Assembly (NCBI GenBank): GCA_963804165.1
Contig: CAWDPO010000022.1
Span: 1-32,590 of the forward strand
Length of the DNA stretch: 32,590 nt
DNA from: an uncultured delta proteobacterium
Lineage (GTDB): Bacteria; Desulfobacterota; Binatia; UBA9968
Direction: 5' to 3'
A program made the translations under genes and the position numbers. The notes beneath the pieces were generated by a model, which saw only the letters and a program-made list of their open reading frames with translations, was not told where the DNA came from and did no database searches. Positions 18,501-28,849 of the stretch are shown here, piece after piece. The first letter of the stretch is position 1, and each line of letters starts with the position of its first letter.

Positions 18501-19250
18501 CTACTTTGTTTTCACCGGAACAATCTCGATCCTGGACGCACCCTTGGGCGGCGTGAATTTGAAAACCGTGTCCTTGAAGATAGGTTTCAAATTCCAGTCG
18601 ATCAGGGAAACCGACTGCGGGCGCGCTTCGTCGGTGCGACTGGTGATCACGACCTTGCGTGCCAGCGGCCTGCTCCCGGTGGTAATCCAGATCTGCCAGT
18701 CGGCCTTGGCCTGCCGGAAGGCGTAGTGGTCACAGAGATCGTCGCCGACGAAATCCTGGCCGGCATTCATTGCCGATTCGATCTTGTCGACTGGCGCGGC
18801 TGGGGTACCCCAGAGGAAGAGATCCGCCAACGGGAGTTCCACACCGTACCGTTCCTCCAGCCGCTCGATCAGTTTGCCGATCGTGTCGGTGAATTCGACC
18901 GTCGAGTAATACTTTTGCGCCGGCGTATAGAGTGTGACCGTCTTGCCGTCGTAGACGAGCTCGCGTTCGGAACGGGCGCTATGCATCAGGGCGCGGATCT
19001 TGTTCGGACGCTCGACGTCCATATCGGCCGTCGCCGTATGCTGCAGCTTTTGGCCATCGGCCAGAACGCGCTCACCGGTTAGTTCGGTCGACACCCGAAA
19101 GCGCTTCAGTGTCTGAACGAACGCACCCATGTCCTTGAGGGCCTGAATCGACGCCGGATCGACAGCACTCGCCGGCGCAGTCTGCGCATAGGTGCACGGT
19201 GTCGCAAGCGACATTGCCAGCACGCTGAGCACCAGAATTTTTCGTACCAT
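18501..19250 (-). CDS. DUF2092 family periplasmic protein (LolA-like)
   Basis: GQKLQ, VERPNKIR, YDGKTVTLY, LPLADL, CDHYAFRQ..DWQIWI, KVVIT..PQ. Confidence 0.92.
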   Translation of the reverse strand: MVRKILVLSVLAMSLATPCTYAQTAPASAVDPASIQALKDMGAFVQTLKRFRVSTELTGERVLADGQKLQHTATADMDVERPNKIRALMHSARSERELVYDGKTVTLYTPAQKYYSTVEFTDTIGKLIERLEERYGVELPLADLFLWGTPAAPVDKIESAMNAGQDFVGDDLCDHYAFRQAKADWQIWITTGSRPLARKVVITSRTDEARPQSVSLIDWNLKPIFKDTVFKFTPPKGASRIEIVPVKTK

Positions 19251-19284
19251 GGTTATCTCCCGGGTTGAGAAAACTTTATGTATA

Positions 19285-19309
19285 GGAAATTTAAACCACC
19301 TTTTTTCTG
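19285..19309 (-). promoter_or_regulatory. Motif D copy 2
   Basis: CAGAAAAAAGGTGGTTTAAATTTCC about 35 bp upstream of the DUF2092 start. Confidence 0.55.
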
Positions 19310-19494
19310 GCCGGAGTAAATATAATCTGATCCGCCTTGAGATAGTTGATCAGCATTCCGACCGGAGCAATCGGCCCGACGCGGGCAGCGGAAAATGCTA
19401 TGCGACGATACTAAAGATAAAATCGAAATGGTATCAGGGTAGCCCTGATTTTCTGTGTCGAATCTCCCGATGAAAGTTTAGGGTATGGGAAACG

Positions 19495-19592
19495 CAAGCT
19501 CGTCAAGAACTGACGGCTGACCGAAGCGTTCAACAACCAAACGGCCCAGCTTGGCGCCGACCACCAGAACCGCGAGTCTGAACAGCACGGGC
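19495..19592 (-). pseudogene. Cation:proton antiporter N-terminal fragment
   Basis: VLFRLAVLVVGAKLG..VVERFGQPSVLDEL across a frameshift. Confidence 0.45.
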
Positions 19593-19734
19593 GCCTATTG
19601 GGAAGCCCCGGTAGATTCACCGCTGGCCGCTGCTATGGCAAGAAGACCGGATCAGACCGGTGTACGCGATTCCATCACCATAAAGTGAAGACGGGTTGCA
19701 GCGTTGTTGTCGTGTGTGCTATTGCGCCGGCGTC

Positions 19735-19825
19735 AAAAAGCGCGTGTCGACTGCTCGGGCTTGAAATTGGCGACAAGCGGATCGGTTTCGGGCCATCTGG
19801 TCGAGCACGGTTTTGAGGGACTCCG
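19735..19825 (-). pseudogene. NitT/TauT-like substrate-binding protein C-terminal scrap
   Basis: LKTVLDQM..ETDPLVANFKPEQ across frames. Confidence 0.35.
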
Positions 19826-19918
19826 GCGAGGGACGCGCTCAGGCAGGTGCTCCGCTTCGGCCCGCTCGGCTGGCATTGTTGAAGCGGAATCGACTCGATA
19901 TCGAAGCCGGTCATAGCG

Positions 19919-19956
19919 GGGTGGCGAGGCTTCGGTCTGCCGAAGCCTCGCCACCC
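19919..19956. repeat. Perfect 17-bp hairpin (REP-like or terminator)
   Basis: GGGTGGCGAGGCTTCGG-TCTG-CCGAAGCCTCGCCACCC. Confidence 0.7.
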
Positions 19957-20078
19957 ATGTCCGTCGGACGTGAACGCCGCAGCCGTGCTCGACTCCAGCA
20001 AACGTGAACCCTGATCGCCTCGCCTTCGGCGCGGTGATCGCGGCTACCTGTCCGCTGGCCGGTGGTTTACACCCCCGC

Positions 20079-20489
20079 TCAGTCGTATCCCCAAACTTTG
20101 AGGGTGGCCGTCGGTTTATTATTGAGGATCTTGTACTGGACCCCCACCGACTCGAGGCGCGCCTCGCGTAGTGGAGCATCCTTCGGAGCCGTTTGTCCTC
20201 CCGACTTCACCACTCCGACATTCGTGATGGTGTCGTCCTTACGATTGTTCCAGCGGAGGGTGACCTTCGTGATCTCCACGTCAGCGCCCTCGACCGAGAT
20301 CTTCGTCCTCTTGATGTCATCCTTCCATTTCTTCCCCTCTTCGGCTTTGATCTCCGTGCTTGGATCGGTGGCCTTGATCACCTTCTCGCCGAGCACGACC
20401 CACTGGTCAGCAGCGCTGGCGCTGCCAAGGGCGACCAGCAAGACGACGGACGCGAGGCCAATGCCCCTCCCTAGGTATCCTACCTTCAT
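20079..20489 (-). CDS. Secreted beta-sandwich protein (DUF2541-like)
   Basis: AGGAG RBS before ATG 20489; signal peptide; WVVLGEK..ADVEITKV..GGQT..LKVWG. Confidence 0.75.
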   Translation of the reverse strand: MKVGYLGRGIGLASVVLLVALGSASAADQWVVLGEKVIKATDPSTEIKAEEGKKWKDDIKRTKISVEGADVEITKVTLRWNNRKDDTITNVGVVKSGGQTAPKDAPLREARLESVGVQYKILNNKPTATLKVWGYD

Positions 20490-20574
20490 CGTTCTCCTGT
20501 CCTTTCTGATCCCCATTCGCCGGAGATCGTTGCGCCTACCGCCTGATGCGAGTTGCACAGCGGTGGGAGTCTAT

Positions 20575-20595
20575 AAATTTAAACAACCTTTTTCT
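20575..20595 (-). promoter_or_regulatory. Motif D copy 3
   Basis: AGAAAAAGGTTGTTTAAATTT about 85 bp upstream of the 20489 start. Confidence 0.55.
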
Positions 20596-21459
20596 TTTAC
20601 CTATCTCTAACGGACTCACTCTTTGCTGACTATCAGGGGTTTACTGATTTCTTTTGCTCTCGAAAGACTAATGGACTTGCGCCGGCGCGACTATCGGGAC
20701 TTCCCTAGTTCTGATTTCTAAATTCCTTATGAAGAGTCATTGCCCAATAACGCTCGGAAGAAGACGCTCGGCTGGCCCCGTTTCATTGAAAGAGCTGCTA
20801 CGGCGGGAGCCGCAGGGAGGTTCGACCTGCGTGGAGGCGCTACCGCCGTATCAGCCAGCGCCGCCATTTCAGGCGGCCGCTATCTCAACAAATCCCAGCG
20901 CCATTTTTCTTCCTGTAACTGAACCGTCTTTAAATTCGCCTTAGCCGACTCGCTTGTGCCTGATCACGGCCTGCTTCGGCCCTGCCTCGCTGCTTCAATT
21001 AGGAGGAGTACGACCAACGCGTTGCGATCTCGACCGAAGCGCAAATCCTTCTTATCTTCCTCGCTAACGGATTGGAGCCACTCTAGTAATTTTGTCGTGT
21101 CGCTTGGCGGGTTTTGTACTAAACGAATGTTTTCAATAGGCGTTGTCTTATCCATAGAAGTCACCTTCACTGCAGACTTACCGTGAAGGATGTCGGACTG
21201 CGCCAGCAGGCCGCTGCCGGGCAACCAGGATGAAAAGGCGATGAGATGAAATCCTAGAAACAAAGCCCAACGCCTACGTCGCCCTAAGAATCTCCCAACT
21301 TTGCATTTGTCCATAGCCGTAGTCTCCGCGAGTTCCCCGTGAATGGAACGTGATAACTCCGACTCCTCCCACTCTCTCCCCCTTTAATCGCGTCATTGGG
21401 ATGATCATCCAACCAAACAACTCTCGCACGGATGTTTCCTTTTCCGCCAAACACGTTGA

Positions 21460-21537
21460 TGCCCGCAAAGGACTTATTGCGTGCCACACAGATTCATCGT
21501 CATCGACAATGGCAATAGCCGCTTTAGTTTTGCTCAT
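21460..21537 (-). pseudogene. Response regulator receiver N-terminal fragment
   Basis: [17 protein letters not shown]; overlaps end of the sigma54 activator, then breaks off. Confidence 0.55.
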
Positions 21538-22642
21538 TTTGATTTTGCTCTTTTTTGACTGACCTGGCGGTCCTTGTGCCATTTTCTTTTCGAATACCCA
21601 GCTTAAGCATGCGTGAGCGCACGGTGCTGGGATGAAGGCCTAGGATCAAGGCAGCGCCTTTTGGACCCTCGATGCGCCATTTTGTTTGCTCAAGGACCCG
21701 CATTATGTGCTCCCTCGCCAGCTCGTCCAGTTTAGTCGTTTGAAAAGTCTCCTCAGCTTTCGACGCAACGTTCTCCCTGGATGCGGTCAAAACGCCCTCC
21801 GGTTTCTTTGGCTCGACACTCAGTTTCCACTCCTCTGGAAGTTGCAACACCCGACCCGTCGTCATCACTGCCGCCCGCTGAATTATGTTCTGGAGCTCCC
21901 TTACGTTTCCGGGCCAGTCGTAGCGCTGTAACGCCGCGAGCGCTTGCGGGGATATCGCGTCGAACCGCTTATCCAATTTCAAGCCCACCTGCCGCAAAAA
22001 TTCATTCGCCAATGCTTCTATATCTTCTCTCCGCTCCCTGAGGGGCGGTACACTGATCGGATACATGTTTAACCGGTAGTACAGATCCGAGCGGAAGCGA
22101 CCCTTCTGCATCGCCGCCAAAAGGGTTCGGTTCGTAGCCGCGATTACGCGCGCGTTCACCTTGATCGTTTTGCCGCTCCCCAACCGCTCAAACTCCCCTT
22201 CTTGCAATACCCGCAGCAGCTTCGCCTGTAGATTCAAGGGCAGATCGCCAATCTCGTCCAAAAAAATCGTTCCCCCATGCGCCAACTCAAATCGTCCTAT
22301 CTGCCGCGCCGTCGCTCCCGTGAACGCACCCCTCTCATGGCCGAATAGCTCGCTCTCAATCAGCATTGCAGGCAACGTAGCGCAGTTCACGTTGACCAGC
22401 GGTCGGTCTCTACGCGCGCTGCATGCGTGAATCGCGCGTGCCACCAGTTCTTTGCCGGTGCCGGTCTCGCCAAGAATGAGCACAGTCGTGTCAATAGAAG
22501 CCACCTGCTCGACGTAGAACCACACGCGTTTGAGCACATCGCTTTCACCGATCATGACGTTTTGCCCCGTACCGGCTCCGCCGCTTCCGGCGCGGTGCTG
22601 CTGCCCGTTATTCAGAGCATTGCCGATCTCTTCGCATTCCAT
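21524..22642 (-). CDS. Sigma54-dependent Fis-family activator (FhlA-like AAA+ and HTH) without sensory domain
   Basis: [48 protein letters not shown]-terminal HTH. Confidence 0.93.
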   Translation of the reverse strand: MECEEIGNALNNGQQHRAGSGGAGTGQNVMIGESDVLKRVWFYVEQVASIDTTVLILGETGTGKELVARAIHACSARRDRPLVNVNCATLPAMLIESELFGHERGAFTGATARQIGRFELAHGGTIFLDEIGDLPLNLQAKLLRVLQEGEFERLGSGKTIKVNARVIAATNRTLLAAMQKGRFRSDLYYRLNMYPISVPPLRERREDIEALANEFLRQVGLKLDKRFDAISPQALAALQRYDWPGNVRELQNIIQRAAVMTTGRVLQLPEEWKLSVEPKKPEGVLTASRENVASKAEETFQTTKLDELAREHIMRVLEQTKWRIEGPKGAALILGLHPSTVRSRMLKLGIRKENGTRTARSVKKEQNQNEQN

Positions 22643-22739
22643 TAGTGAACTCCTGTTGAACTACTCACGTGAATCTTCGTTGCTGACGCCAGACAATCAT
22701 GGCGCGCGCTCATCGATCATTTGGATCGATCGCTAGCAC

Positions 22740-23132
22740 CTACGGTTGGCGAGAGATGTTGTTCTCCCCGCAGCACGGCATGGATCGCCGGAACAAGATC
22801 ATCGCCCGCCCTGAGCTTTAAACGTAACCCAAGGCACCGGTGGCCAATCTCTTTCTGCAGCAGCACTGGATAATTGTATACGGTCACAAACACGATTCTC
22901 GCGCAGGATCCTTCCGCAAAATCTGCCCTGCAGCCGCGATGCCGTTGAGGCCCGGCATGGCAATGTCGGTGACGATGACATCGGGAGCGAGCGTTTCGGC
23001 TGCAGCAACGAGCGCGTTGCCATCTCCGACAGTAGCGATCACCTCGAACTCCCGCTCCACCACCTCTCGGAGATATTCAATAACCTCCTGATGGTCATCG
23101 ATAAGTGGCGGCTGAAGTAATGGCTGCTGCAT
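22740..23132 (-). pseudogene. Stand-alone NarL-type receiver domain, frameshifted
   Basis: DDH, PDVIVTDIAMPGLNGI, then out-of-frame IVFVTV..GALGYV..DDLVPAIHAVLRG. Confidence 0.8.
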
Positions 23133-23641
23133 AGCAGTTTTTCGCCGGTAACGAAGCTCGGAAACCCGCCACTGCTCACGCGTGCGCATGCCGGTAGCGG
23201 TTCGATCGTTCATTTTTTAGGCCCTTTTCCATGCCGGTACGCTGCTGAACGAAAGGAAGCCAAATCATCGTACCGAGAGACAGTTTATGCAGCTTACTAT
23301 CTTGCATTCACCGGCAAGAATTCTGTCTAATATTGGACAATCTTGAAAAACCCGAGATCGTCCCGGCAGTGCGCGATGAGAGTCCAATGGGGTTGATATC
23401 GGTAACCCGTCCGTGTCCGCGTCCAGGAGGATTATGCTGTCCTTAGCCGTCTCGAAGAGGCCGCCGGATCATTCGCCCAGCCGACCGGGTAGTGGTTGAA
23501 CGTCTTCCACGTTCCCATATAGTCGGCTCGCTTCAGCACTTTCGGATGGCTTCCTTGACGCCGTTGGAGAACGTCAATCGCGTTGAGGACAAAAAATCAC
23601 GCTCCTGCGGTGCAGTGATGGACTCTAGCGAAGCGGGCGAA

Positions 23642-23667
23642 GCGTGTATATTGGACCTTAGTCCAAT
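23642..23667. repeat. Palindrome family B copy 3
   Basis: GCGTGTATATTGGAC-CTTA-GTCCAAT; left arm is the exact reverse complement of 1715-1729. Confidence 0.8.
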
Positions 23668-23760
23668 GGGGAGGGGAGGCGGCAGTGATTTGTGGATTCG
23701 GATCTAAATCAGGATTTGGCGGCTCATTGCGAGGCTACGAAAACGAAAATTGTTCCGTTG

Positions 23761-24357
23761 CTATTTCAGTGCGCCCTCGGTTTTCATGGCTGCGACGAGC
23801 TCTTTTGAACCTGATCCCCAGCGGGAAACAGATTGGACCGCCTGCGTGAAGGGAATGTCCAAGGGATGCACGCGTTCCGGGCTCAGAATGTACACGGCGC
23901 CCGCGAAAGGTGTGGGCACCGACGGCACGAAAATCGTAAAGCGCCCGTCCTCCAGTTCCTCAATGATAAACGCGGGAACGAGAGCGTCCTCGATCTCGAC
24001 CAGTGCCGGCTTCCAGACGTTTTCTTCACCCTGCCCCGCCAGTCGTTGAGTCAGACTCCGCAAAAGTGCGTAGCCGGGCAGTCTTTCGAAAAGGGTTTTC
24101 TCGATGCGTTCCCTGATTGCCCGACCTGTGGGGGTGCGCACGGCAACACCGACAAGGAAACAAACAATCAAGACTAGGAGGAGCGAGAGAAAATGCTCAG
24201 CGGGGAACCAATCCGGGAGCAGCATGGCAAATGGCTTAACAAGAGCCACTACCGATTGCGTGGCCTTGAGCAGCAGCAAGACGGCGAGGTAAAACGGCAC
24301 GAGGATGAGCAAGCCAGCGACCAACGCCCTCACAACGAATTCACCGAACTTTTTCAT
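23761..24357 (-). CDS. DUF502 family membrane protein
   Basis: AGLLILVP, ERLPGY, IFVPSVPTPFAGAVYI. Confidence 0.88.
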   Translation of the reverse strand: MKKFGEFVVRALVAGLLILVPFYLAVLLLLKATQSVVALVKPFAMLLPDWFPAEHFLSLLLVLIVCFLVGVAVRTPTGRAIRERIEKTLFERLPGYALLRSLTQRLAGQGEENVWKPALVEIEDALVPAFIIEELEDGRFTIFVPSVPTPFAGAVYILSPERVHPLDIPFTQAVQSVSRWGSGSKELVAAMKTEGALK

Positions 24358-24532
24358 AGCCGGGCCTTTCTTGTATAGAGATCACCGATCGGAGAACAAA
24401 AAACAAGATGTGCGGCATCGATTGCGCTCATCGTTTCATTTCAGCTGGGCGACCGAAGTCTCGTATTCCCGCTCCTTGCGCCTTACTCGATACGATCGAT
24501 CACGGCGGGCTCGTGCTCCAGCTCGACGGGTC

Positions 24533-24720
24533 CGTGCCCAGTAGATCACCTGGTTCACCTTGCCGGCGGTCTTGGTCAGCATCTCTTGGAGCATGAGATC
24601 TTAGTTGACCGCCGGCATGCCCCAGATCACCGCCTCGACAGCTCGACGTTGCAGCATGCGTTCAGCTAGTTCGGTTGAACTAAATGTCTGCGCAGATTTT
24701 GAAGCATCTTGTGCGCTCAT
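24533..24720 (-). pseudogene. DUF1254-family N-terminal fragment
   Basis: RRAVEAVIWGMPAVN*DLMLQEMLTKTAGKVNQVIYW with internal stop; AAGGA RBS. Confidence 0.7.
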
Positions 24721-24910
24721 GGTCTTTCCTTTCGCCTGAACAATAGATCTCTTAAAAATCTCGACTCGCCGGCTACGCCTCGAAAACTTGTACGCGCCGC
24801 TCAGAATCTCGGGCAGGATCAATAAAGTCGCGCGATGTAGTTCAGTCCGGTATGATCGGCGGCCTCTTCCACGTTGAACTTGGAACCTTGAACTTTTGAA
24901 CCGCGCAAGC

Positions 24911-25267
24911 CTAACCTTGCGACTTCCCTTCCAGCATGCAGTCTCGCACAACGATTTTATCGTTCACTTCCACGAACACGCTATCGCCTTTGTTCCAGAG
25001 AGTTGTTTTGCCATCGCTGTATCGAGCGCCCGAACCGGAGATCACATGCGGCAGCCGCAAGTCGCGGTCTTCGAACCGCATATTCACAAAGTCGTCTTGC
25101 GGCTCGAATCGCGCGATCACGGCTCGCCCATCCGGACAGCGAAAGCTCAGCCACCTCTGCTCCGTTTCGGCTTTAGTTGTGGAGCAACTCAATGTCATTG
25201 CTAGAACCATCGCGGCCGAACTGGCTTTGCCGAGGACTTTTGCCATCCGAAGAAGGGGATTGATCAT
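24911..25267 (-). CDS. MliC-family lysozyme inhibitor lipoprotein
   Basis: LSC lipobox, FRCPDG, ISGSGARYSDG..LWNKG..C. Confidence 0.88.
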   Translation of the reverse strand: MINPLLRMAKVLGKASSAAMVLAMTLSCSTTKAETEQRWLSFRCPDGRAVIARFEPQDDFVNMRFEDRDLRLPHVISGSGARYSDGKTTLWNKGDSVFVEVNDKIVVRDCMLEGKSQG

Positions 25268-25352
25268 ATCTTTTCTTCACCAAGAAGAAGTTACGCGACA
25301 CCTTTCAGCAATCTTGACCTCGCGCGACACATTTCACCCGGTGAAGAGCCGT

Positions 25353-25560
25353 CAGTTCCGGCTGGTCCCGCCGTAGTCATCTGCTCCATCACGCGCTCCA
25401 AGCTGAAGCTCGCTGGCTTTTGCCGCGGCGGAAACTGTTCAGGCCTTCGGCATCAGCTTCTCGACCACCTGATCGATACTGAAGCTGGCGCCGCGGGCGC
25501 GCGGCGGGAATTCTTTGAAGCTCTCAAGCCACTTCGCCAGCAACGGCGGCGCCGCGTACT
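25353..25560 (-). pseudogene. Two tandem arylsulfatase C-terminal tails
   Basis: WLESFKEFPPRARGASFSIDQVVEKL* immediately followed by QFPPRQKPASFSLERVMEQM. Confidence 0.65.
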
Positions 25561-26066
25561 GCACGTCTCGTTGCGCGTAGGGATAGATGTTCATGCCCGC
25601 GAGCGCAGCGCGACGTCCGTCATCCGTCGCATTTTTAACCCCCAAGGTGTTTGAAATCTTCAATTCGAAAAAGCTGCGTACGTGGTTCGGTCGAAAACCG
25701 AACAGCGGCACACCCACTTATGAAAATACAAAATCACCCGATAGGGTATCCGGCATACCCTGATTCTTGGGTGCGAGTTCCCCTAGTGAAAAGAGGAGCA
25801 CCGCCGCAGCTCACTTCGGCGTTCGCTGTGATACGCACCGGCTTGAGATAGATCCTTAAAATTACGGAAAATTTACTAGCGGCATCTAAAAGACAGCGCG
25901 GTGCGTCGCACTGGAGATGTGCGCAAACACAGCAGATGCCTCGGGCCTTAGCTCATTCCGTGGCTGACGATAGTGAAAGCTTACGATCAAACGGAAGAGC
26001 GCCAGGGGGCGATCGCTGACGCGATCACTCGCCCCGACGCTCGAAGCGGGAATTGCTTAGGGAAGC

Positions 26067-26817
26067 CTAATTAACTTTGATTTCGACCCTGCGATTCTTC
26101 GCTCGACCTTCTGCAGTCTTGTTATCAGCGATCGGTTTATTTTCGCCAAAACCTTGTCCAGAAACTCGGCCGCTGTCGACGCCCTTGCCAACAACATAAT
26201 TTTTTACCGAATTCACACGCCGTTCAGACAGCGCCTGGTTGTAGGCTTCACTACCGACATTGTCGGTGTAACCAGCGAGGTTTGCGCTCTTGTCTTTGTT
26301 CTCGGTCATAAACACGACCAGCCGATCGAGAATCTGCGTCGTTGCGGGCTTGACCGTGCTCCGGTCAAAATCGAACAACACGTCATCCAGGATGATCGTC
26401 CGTTCAGCCTTCGGCGCCGGTGGGGGTGGCGGCGGCGGCGGTGGCGGCGGTGGAGCCGGCTTTGGCTTCGGTGCCGGCGGCGGTGGCGGAGGAGGCGGGG
26501 CGGTGGCGGCGGTGGTGGTGGCGGTGGCGGCTCCGGCGTCAGTAAATACGCTAGGCCACCGCAAAGCAAAGCGCCGTCCGAAAAAACCGAGCGGGAATCG
26601 CTTTACCCCCACGGGTATAGCGAGGTGGCCGTTATTGTGGTATGACCGATCCCGACAGCAATCCACCATGTAATGCCGCAGAACAGCCGCGAGCAGTGGC
26701 GGTTACTGTGTTTTGGCGCCTCGTCCAACACCGTTGGCGACCAATTGTCAGTAGTCGCGCAGACCAGCAAGGAATACGCCAAGGACTTATCTAACTCAGT
26801 AATTTTTGTTTGTTCAC
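26067..26817 (-). pseudogene. OmpA-family protein with Pro-rich linker; N-terminus degraded
   Basis: VLFDFDRS, GYTDNVGSEAYNQALSERR, GRAKNRRVEI; GGAGGAG + GTG at 26817 followed by a broken signal region. Confidence 0.85.
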
Positions 26818-26994
26818 GAACTTCTCCTCCTTGCAACTCATAACAAAATTTCTACAACCCGGATGCTATATGCTTTCAAAAATTATTAACATCGGGAAAA
26901 CGCCAATTTTATACTTCGAGTTTCCTTAGGAGAAAATCGACCCGCTACCGTTCCAACTCCAGATCTTTGACTTCGACACGTCCAAAGAGGTCGG

Positions 26995-27165
26995 GAAGCC
27001 CATCAGGTACGGGCTGGCGCAGCTCGAACTTAAGCTTGCCCTAGCTGGACCACCTACTCGGGCGGTATGCCGTAGATTCTACTCGGGACGCATAAAACCA
27101 CGTCGCAGCCTGAGACGATGAAGTTTTAAACCCGTTGGCGGCGCAGATAGGCGAGTAGCTGAAGC
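26995..27165 (-). pseudogene. HAD-family hydrolase fragment, heavily decayed
   Basis: LLAYLR/ANGFK/FIVSG/FMRP/IYGIPPE*VV/GKLKFELR across frames. Confidence 0.65.
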
Positions 27166-27264
27166 TCCCTTGAAAGTGCTCGTATTTTTGATCGAAGAAG
27201 CTGCACGCATCCTGTGCACTCGAAACCGCAGGTTGCGGCTTGGATGCAAGTTTCTCTCCTCCGG

Positions 27265-28747
27265 TCAGACTCGTTTCGTCAATGCAAAGATGGAGTCCTG
27301 CCAGGGTGGCTCATCCAAGTAGAGTCCGCGTGCTTGTAAATCGTTGCCGTCCCGCTCGTAGATGGCGTCACCGAGTAAATCCTCCAACCGCCATTGACTA
27401 TTTCCGATGTCCGCAAACGGCAGACGCACGTAACATTGGCTCCGGTTCGGCGCATAGTTCACCGTCACCAGCAAGCGCTCGTCGTCAGGACCTTGCCAGA
27501 CAAAGACGACGAAACAGTCCGAGGTCCAGTTGCCCTCGCAGGCGGGCAAGCATTCGAGCAAGCGCCACCGCCCATCCCGGACCACCGGCTTGCGCAGTAC
27601 AGTCAGCAGCCGGTCGTAAAACTGTGCCAGCCTCTGGTCGATCGGTTCGTCGGGGCCGCGAACCAGGTGCGGTGAAATCCTTTTTGTCCGTCCCTCGAAT
27701 TGGCCCTGATGAAAGAACCGCAGCCCCGGTGACAGAAACGTAATGACTGCCGCAGCTTCATGAATTTCCGGCGCAAAAGTCGATGCCGCCCGCGGCTCGT
27801 CATGGTTCTCCAGAAAACGCGCTAGCTTGTTCTGGTAATCCAGCCCGGCATGGAAATGCTCGCGCACCGGCCGCGCGTGACCGTCGCGCAAGCGGTCGTA
27901 CAGCCGCTTATCGTAGGCATAATCGAATCCTTGCTGCTGCATCGTCCATTCCATGTCCCAGTAGACCTCGGCCATAAAACAGAAGTGCGGAAATTTTTCG
28001 CGCACGCATTGCGTAGCCTTGGGCCAGAATAAATTAGCTGCAATGCCCCACGTCCGTTCAAAAACCTCCGGCAAGACGAGCATCGCCATGTCGCAACGCA
28101 CGCCGTCGCATTGCCCGGCGATTCTCTCCAGCTCGCCGATCATCGCCTGCTGCAATTCCGGGTTGCCGTAGTTGAGCTGCAGCGTGTCGGGCCAGCCGTC
28201 AAAGTACGGGTCCCGACCATAGGCGAGCACCAGCGGCCCCTTTTTTGTTTGTACTCGGCAGTAGTTCCGCGGTGCGCGAGCCAGATCGCTCTCGCTGCCA
28301 TGGACGAAGTAGTCCGGATGCTCGTCAATCCACGGGTGATCCGGCGCCATGTGGTTCGGCACGAAGTCGAGCATCAGCTTCAGTCCGCGTTTTTGCAGCC
28401 GCTCTCGCAAACGTGCTAGCGCGGCTGCGCCGCCCAGATCGCGATGCACGGTGTAGTTTTGGATGGCGAACCCCGAGCCGGCGATGTCTTCTTCCTTGAG
28501 ATCCGGCAGCGTTTCGGCGAACTCGCGACGCCACTCGGGATTCGCGCGCGAAATCGCCTGCGCAGCCGGGCCGGTCTGCCACACGCTCAGGAACCAAACC
28601 CAGTCAAAACCCATCTCGGCCAGGCGATCCAGCTCTGCGTCCGGAATATCATCCAGCGTCGCGAGCCGGCCCAGAGCGTCGAGACAGCTCCGTCATCCAG
28701 ACGCGGGTGTTGATTTGGTAAAGCGAAGGATAGCGAAGATCGGGCAT
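27265..28747 (-). CDS. GH13 alpha-amylase-family protein; one frameshift near 28680
   Basis: MPDLRYPSLYQINTRVW start; LDFVPNH, DGVRCDMAML, AEVYW, RFLENHDEPR. Confidence 0.9.
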
Positions 28748-28849
28748 ATTCCCTAATTCCCCCTCGTCACTTGTCCCTGTCGCTTGTTCCTCACACTCGT
28801 CACTTCCTTACAGGAGGCAACAGAGAAAACAGAGTTCATCAATAATACG

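Noticed and set aside
24872-24902. TTGAAC-based short tandem repeats as family A half-sites
   Set aside because: Simple heptamer-like tandem repeat lacking the core and flanks
26415-26535. GGC/GGT-rich repeat and Gly-rich plus-strand ORFs
   Set aside because: Explained by the poly-Pro linker of the minus-strand OmpA gene
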